Notes under the pieces: model-generated
Databases searched by the model: none
What the model was told of the DNA's origin: nothing
What the model saw: only the letters and a program-made list of their open reading frames with translations
Source of the DNA: Mercenaria mercenaria
Lineage: Eukaryota
Direction of reading: 5' to 3'
Length of the DNA: 64,000 nt
Assembly: GCF_021730395.1 (NCBI RefSeq)
Contig: NC_069364.1
Span: forward strand, 83,403,972-83,467,971
Part shown: piece after piece, positions 58,541-64,000 of the stretch
Numbering within the stretch: position 1 is the stretch's first letter
How the letters are laid out: each line of letters opens with the position of its first letter
Made by a program: the position numbers and the translations under genes

Positions 58541-59619
58541 CTAGAATCAAAAGGAATATATGAATTCTACAACCTGTTAACAACTAAACAATCAAACTGA
58601 ATGTATGTCTGCCATCTTCAAATATCTCATCATCCTAAAACTCCTCTTACATTTTTTATCTTCTTTACATTCATCAAGTTTTATGTGATTTGTACACCAA
58701 GATTACATGTAAAAGAGGATGCAGATTACTGTTTGTACAAATTTGTGTTAGTGTTCTGGGATGATATTACAGCTGGCTATTGCCCCTTGCATTTGTACCA
58801 GGATTATCAATATGTTTCATAGCCTACTTCTTTTCAGAAATTTGTCTTATTTTAACAGGAATAAAGTTGTCTTTCCTATGGCTTGCCAGCTTGATTTTAA
58901 CAACAAAAAGTAGAAAATGTCCTGTGGCAAGCATGTCAAATAGAAATCCATTCAACTTTTATGTAACATAGAGTTCCCCTTTAGTCTGTGCTAAGCGGGT
59001 GGGAAGGTGTTGCTCTCATCAACAGATTCAATCAAACAAGTCTGCTATTACTTTTGCTTGGTCGCATTCTATGCTTCCAAAGGATCTTCTTAAAGATTTT
59101 ATTAACTTTCACAACAGCATTCTTGCTGTGTGGCGGCCCATAACTGGACTCAGTCTGCTTATATTTTCTGGTCCTTTTGGATCATAGAGTCCATTAAATG
59201 TTTATGGACAATATAGTTCCCCTTCAGAAGGTGCTATTCAGAAGGTGCTAGTGGAGTGCAAGGTATGCTGAACCTTTCGATACCCCTCATGAACAGATTT
59301 AATCAATCCGGGTCTACTATCAATTTTGCTTGGTTGCACTCTTATATTTAAGGATATCTTCTTAAAAGATTTTATTATTCACATAAAGCTTTTTCTTGAA
59401 GAAAGGTTATGCATTTCTTAACATTGCCGGAAACATACAATTATTTCTAAAAATATAACTAAACAGTCACATAATTTGCCTAAAAGAAGATTCTGCATTT
59501 GTATTAAGACATGTACCACAATGAATAAATACAGTAGAAATAGTATAGAAATAGAAATAGTATTCCACTGTGTACATGTTTTCCTAGAAAATAAAGATAT
59601 CATAAATACCATCAACATT

Positions 59620-59775
59620 TTCTCAGTCTGTAACTCATTATCTGTGATCTCTTGAGCCAGTCTGATTCCTTCCTTCAGGAAGTCAATTTGTTTATCAGAG
59701 GAGTCAAAGTTCAGCCTTACATTAGTAAGTACATCATCGATTGCCTTCTCATAATCAACCTCTGGCTTCTTCTCC
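59620..59775 (-). CDS. Candidate coding exon encoding EKKPEVDYEKAIDDVLTNVRLNFDSSDKQIDFLKEGIRLAQEITDNELQTEKMLM
   Basis: Acceptor TATATTGCAG| and donor GTTGATG|GTATTT. It is part of the listed ORF 59418-59780. Confidence 0.4.
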
Positions 59776-60256
59776 TGCAATATATAATTATCACAAGATT
59801 GTTTGTAGCCCTCTTACTATGTATTTTCACCATAGCATTTCTTTTATATATTTGTCTTAGTGTGTATTTCCCGTTTCAGTAACAACACTTGTTTACTGCA
59901 TTGATTTAACTTGAAAATTCTAAAAAAGTATCTAGCATTCTGTTTTAACAGTTGCATAATCAACAAGCTGTAAAGAGAGATTTTTTTATTGTATGCATTG
60001 TTTAAAGTGTGTATAAAATATATATGTGAAATGTACTGCAATTTTCTTTAACTTCCATATTTTGTGTGTGCCAACAGAATGCAAATTTATGAATCAAGCT
60101 GTGATTGCCACAAATCTATAACCAATCAAAAATCTTGATTTTCTTAAGGAATGTGGCTGAGTTTGAAATGTGTGCAATGCAAATATAAGTATGCATACAG
60201 CCTTTGCTCTTTAGATATACATGTACATGTGTACTGTTAAAATATATCATACTGTA

Positions 60257-60349
60257 CCTCTTCAAAGCCCATATACTGAAGCTGGTCGACATTTTCTCGT
60301 TCCACCAGTTCTGACATAGAGGGTGCATCTATAGCCTTTTTCTCCTCAT
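60257..60349 (-). CDS. Candidate coding exon of 93 nt encoding DEEKKAIDAPSMSELVERENVDQLQYMGFEE
   Basis: Acceptor TTTTTATCAG| and donor GAAGAG|GTACAG. Phase 0 to phase 0. Confidence 0.4.
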
Positions 60350-60767
60350 CCTGATAAAAATTACATAAAATCCCTAATTTGAAAACACACAGCATTCTGA
60401 GAAAAGATTTTTACTTTAATTGATAACTTTCAATTTCTGGCCATATTTTTACTTCAAAGATCAATATACTTACCTTAACTAAACAGAAGCACAATATCTG
60501 ATTCAAAAAGGGATATTACTCAGAAAATATTCAATGACTTTAAGAATTTTGATTTAAAGAAATCCTACATGTACCAATTCCATATCAAATTTTATCAGCA
60601 AAAATGATTACATGTAGACACTGTGTAATCATGACCTAAATGAAAGCAGGGCTACTTAGCTGATTGAATAAAAATCTATTAGGTGGTGACAGTAAAAGTA
60701 AGGTTAACCAATCAAGATGCAAAAATAACCAACTTGTAAACAAAGGTATGAAAATGTGAAAATATAC

Positions 60768-60869
60768 CTTATCTCTTTTCTCTATAGCAACAAAGCTGGT
60801 GAACTGTGTTACTATAGTATACTGTTTACTCAGCTCTATAATATAGTCCTTGGTGTTCATCTTCACTAT
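60768..60869 (-). CDS. Candidate coding exon of 102 nt encoding IVKMNTKDYIIELSKQYTIVTQFTSFVAIEKRDK
   Basis: Acceptor TTCATTACAG| and donor GATAAG|GTATAT. Phase 0 to phase 0. It is part of the listed ORF 60636-60920. Confidence 0.4.
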
Positions 60870-61029
60870 CTGTAATGAAATGTAAATAAAAATGAAATTA
60901 TGAAACTGGCAGTCTGCCAAGCTGAGCTCCTTCTTAACTCAATTTAAATGTTTATTTGTTTTGTTGGGTTTGACGTCACACCAACACAATTACAGGTCAT
61001 ATGGCGACTTTTAATATATATGTTTCTGT

Positions 61030-61300
61030 TACATTCTTTTACAGTATGCACATCTACCTCATGAACAGTACAGAATGGACAAGTACCTCAATGTCAGTAC
61101 CGTTCAAACACCTACCTTATTGTCTGTATGGTATGACCACATATCTCATGATCAAAAAGTATAGAAATCTACCTCATGGTCAGTACGATACAAACATCTA
61201 CCTCACATTGCTAAGGTAGGGACACCTACCTCATAATCTGTAAGGTATGGACACCTACCTCATGGTCAGTAAAATATGGACACTTACCTCATGGTCAGTA
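61030..61300. repeat. Intronic minisatellite of about seven copies of a 24-40-bp unit. On the minus strand the unit is CTGACCATGAGGTAGGTGTCCATAC. It is a reiteration of the exon 61288-61368 splice-donor junction.
   Basis: Plus-strand copies of (C)ACCTACCTCATGGTCAGTA are at about 61046, 61115, 61170, 61195, 61225, 61248 and 61272. The last overlaps the true exon/intron junction. Confidence 0.5.
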
Positions 61301-61368
61301 CGGTCAGCAGAGAGAACTCCATCCTCCCAGTCACTGATTATTGCTCTTGCTGTTAAACGATGAAGAAT
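61288..61368 (-). CDS. Candidate coding exon of 81 nt encoding ILHRLTARAIISDWEDGVLSADRTDHE
   Basis: Acceptor CTCACTTTCCAG| and a strong donor CATGAG|GTAAGTG. Phase 0 to phase 0. Confidence 0.4.
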
Positions 61369-61566
61369 CTGGAAAGTGAGAAAAAAAAACGTGATGTTGC
61401 CCAATACATATAAATTTTTTATATAATCCAAGAGCACAGACTTTTCATTTACTTATCCAGACCCAAAAGGTTTGAGGACAGTCTCGGAGATAAAAAAGGT
61501 ATGCTTAATTTAACAAGAAATGTTTTGTAGCTATGTCATAAATTCAAAGCTGCAAGATTTTTTAAA

Positions 61567-63465
61567 CAAGAGGACCATGATGGTCCTGAATCGCTCACCT
61601 GTCCCCACATGACCCAGTTTTGAACTGAGTACGACGTTGTTTTTTTCTATTATTTGACATAGTGACCTAGTATTTGAGCTCATGTGACCCAGTTTTGAAC
61701 TTGACCTAGATACCGAGATAAAAATTCTGACCAAGTTTCATGAAGATCCATTGAAAAATATGGCCTCTAGAGAGGTCACAAGGTTTTTCTATTATCTGAC
61801 CTAATGACCTAGTTTTTGACTGCACGTGACCCACTTTCGAACTGGACCTAGATACCATCAAGGTGAACATTCTCACCAATTTTCATGAAGATCTCATGAA
61901 AAGTACGGCCTCTAGAGAGGTCACAAGGTTTTTCTATTTTTAGACCTAATGACCTAGTTTTTGACCACACGTCATCCACTTTCGAACCTGACCAAGATAT
62001 CATCAAGGTGAACATTCTGACTAATTTTCATGAAGATCCATTGAAAAATAAGGCCTCTAGAGAGGTCACAAGGTTTTTCTATTTTTAGACCTACTGACCT
62101 AGTTTTTGACCGCATGTGACCCACTTTCAAACCTGACCTAGATATCATCAAAGTGAACATTCAGACCAACTTTCATGAAGATCCATTGAAAAATATGGCC
62201 TCTAGAGAGGTTACAAGGTTTTTCTATTTTTAGACCTAATGACCTAATTTTGGACCGCACGTGACCCAGTTTCAATCTTGGCCTAGATATCATCAAGGTG
62301 AACATTCTGACTAATTTTCATGAAGATCCATTGAAAAATATGGCCTCTAGAGAGGTCACAAAGTTTTTCTACCTTTAGACCTACTGACCTAGTTTTTGAA
62401 AGCACGTGACCCAGTTTCGAACTTGACCTAGATATCATCAAGATGAACATTCTGACTAATTTTCATGAATATCCATATAAAAATATGGCCTCTAGGGAGG
62501 TCACAAGGTTTTAGTAATTTTAGACCTACTGACCTAGTTTGACTGCACGTGACCCACTTTCGAACATGGCCTAGATATCATCAAGATGAACATTCTGACC
62601 AATTTTCATGAAGATCCATTGAAAAATATGGCCTCTAGGGAGGTCACAAGGTTTTTCTATTTTTAGACCTACTGACCTAGTTTTTGACCGCATGTGATCC
62701 ACTTTCGAACATGGCCTAAATATCATCAAGATGAACATTCTGACTAATTTTCATGAAGATCCATTGAAAAATATGGCCTGTAGGGAGGTCACAAGGTTTT
62801 TCTATTTTTAGACCTAATGACCTAGTTTTGGACCGCACGTGACCCAGTTTCGAACTTGACCTAGATATCATCAAGATGAACATTCTGACCAATTTTCATG
62901 AAGATTCATTGAAAAATATGGCCTCTAGAGAGGTCACAAGGTTTTTCTATTTTTAGACCTACTGACCTAATTTTGGAAAGCACGTGACCCAGTTTCGAAC
63001 TTGACCTAGATATCATCAAGATAAACGTTCAGACCAACTTTCATACAGATCCCATGAAAAATATGGCCTCTAGAGAGGTCACAAGGTTTTTCTTTTATTT
63101 GACCTACTGACCTAGTTTTTAGTGGCACGTGACCTAGTTTCGAACTTGACCTAGATATCATCAAGACGAACATTCTGACTAACTTTCATGAAGATCCACT
63201 GAAAAATATGGCCTCTAGAGAGGTCACAAGGTTTTTCTATTTTTAGACCTACTGACCTACTTTTTGACCGCAGTTGACCCAGTTTCGAACTTGACCTAGA
63301 TATCATCAAGATGAACATTCTGACCAACTTTCATAAAGATCCCATGAAAAATGTGACCTCTTGAGTGGTCACAAGCAAAAGTTTACGCACGGACGGACGG
63401 ACGGACGACGGACGCTGCGCGATCACAAAAGCTCACACTGTCACATTGTGACATGTGAGCCAAAA
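61567..63465 (+). mobile_element. Complete HINE of about 1.9 kb. 5' ACAAGAGGACCATGATGGTCCTGAATCGCTCACCTGTCCCCACATGACCC, about eleven copies of a 145-bp monomer, an (ACGGACGG)n microsatellite (63385-63415), and the terminus GCGATCACAAAAGCTCACACTGTCACATTGTGACATGTGAGCCAAAAAG
   Basis: Both termini are present. The monomers are the same family as at 1-800, 14390-15060 and 23280-26180. The terminus is nearly identical to 860-910. Confidence 0.7.
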
Positions 63466-64000
63466 AGACTAGGTATTTTTGTATCAAGAAAATATAAAAT
63501 TGTGTATCAATAAATTAAATAATTCACAATATGAAATGAAATCTAACATTTCCATCTGTAATGCTGAGATCTGAAGTAGACACCATTGTAGAAACTTCTT
63601 CCCCGGCTATGCTTGCTCGCAATGTTGCCTGCAATATAATACTTGTCATCAGGTACCCTACTCCATTGAAACACATCAAAAGAAAAGTCTAAGAGTACTA
63701 ATAGTAAATCAATGTTAAATAATAAATGATAATCAAAAGACATGCTGTAATTGTGCAATGTATGTTAAAGTGCACATCATCACTATACAATGATAACAAT
63801 TCTATTTTATAACATATTTTTTTGCAAATCTGAGAATCTTATAGATATAATTAGATACATTTTCAAGATCATTCAAAACTCAAAGAAAGTACTATTATCT
63901 GAAATTGAAAAATATACCTTGATCTAAAATCATACAAGTCACACTGATTTAACCCTTACCCTGCTAAATTTCTACAATGAACTTGTCCATCTACCAGTCT

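Noticed and set aside
1-63465. Regularly spaced direct repeats that could be mistaken for CRISPR arrays
   Set aside because: The units are 120-180 bp with no unique spacers between them, and the context is eukaryotic with introns, SINEs and retrotransposons. They are satellite monomers, not 28-37-bp repeats with variable spacers.
63543-63758. ORF on the minus strand (..PDDKYYIAGNIASKHSRGRSFYNGVYFRSQHYRWKC)
   Set aside because: It might be an exon of the 58.4-61.4-kb gene, but it terminates in a stop codon. It lacks clear splice sites and a recognisable domain, so it is left uncalled.

Overview
This is a eukaryotic window, most likely from a bivalve mollusc, and it is dominated by repeats with a few spliced genes between them. 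The ORF track uses prokaryote-style calls, and most listed ORFs are artefacts of satellite repeats or of the wrong frame.

- **Non-autonomous elements.** About 60-70% of the window is a train of at least 15 co-oriented non-autonomous elements that resemble Helentron/HINE elements (satellite-carrying Helitron-like derivatives; identification is inferred, the elements themselves are read directly). Each has a 5' terminus of CAAGAG followed by a short palindrome, a tandem array of 120-180 bp satellite-like monomers (2 to about 20 copies), a GGAC/ACGG/CAGA-type microsatellite, and a 3' terminus. The 3' terminus ends either in AAAGCTCACC..hairpin..GGTGAGCTAAAAA or in a short perfect hairpin.
- **Other mobile elements.** There are two tRNA-derived SINE insertions in opposite orientations, each with an intact 12-bp target-site duplication. 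A 2.4-kb PIF/Harbinger-like non-autonomous DNA transposon has 41-bp TIRs and a TAA duplication. A 611-bp foldback element carries an internal 57-bp minisatellite. There is also a 236-bp near-perfect palindrome.
- **The standout feature.** At 48419-55935 lies a young 7.5-kb tyrosine-recombinase (DIRS-order, Ngaro-like) retrotransposon. It has split direct repeats in the order A1-ORFs-B1-A2-B2, with A copies about 99% identical and B copies about 99% identical. It encodes a Gag-like ORF, RT/RNase H, a YR recombinase that carries an apparent single-nucleotide frameshift, and a fourth ORF with clear SGNH/GDSL-hydrolase motifs.
- **Host genes, all on the minus strand and all with low-to-moderate confidence.** A proline-rich (FH1/WASP-like) gene has a satellite array inside its intron. 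A long acidic exon is delimited by splice signals. A ubiquitin-like domain is split over two exons and splices in frame onto a SNAP25-type Qc-SNARE exon. A multi-exon gene at 58.4-61.4 kb has an intron that contains a minisatellite of reiterated splice-donor-like motifs.
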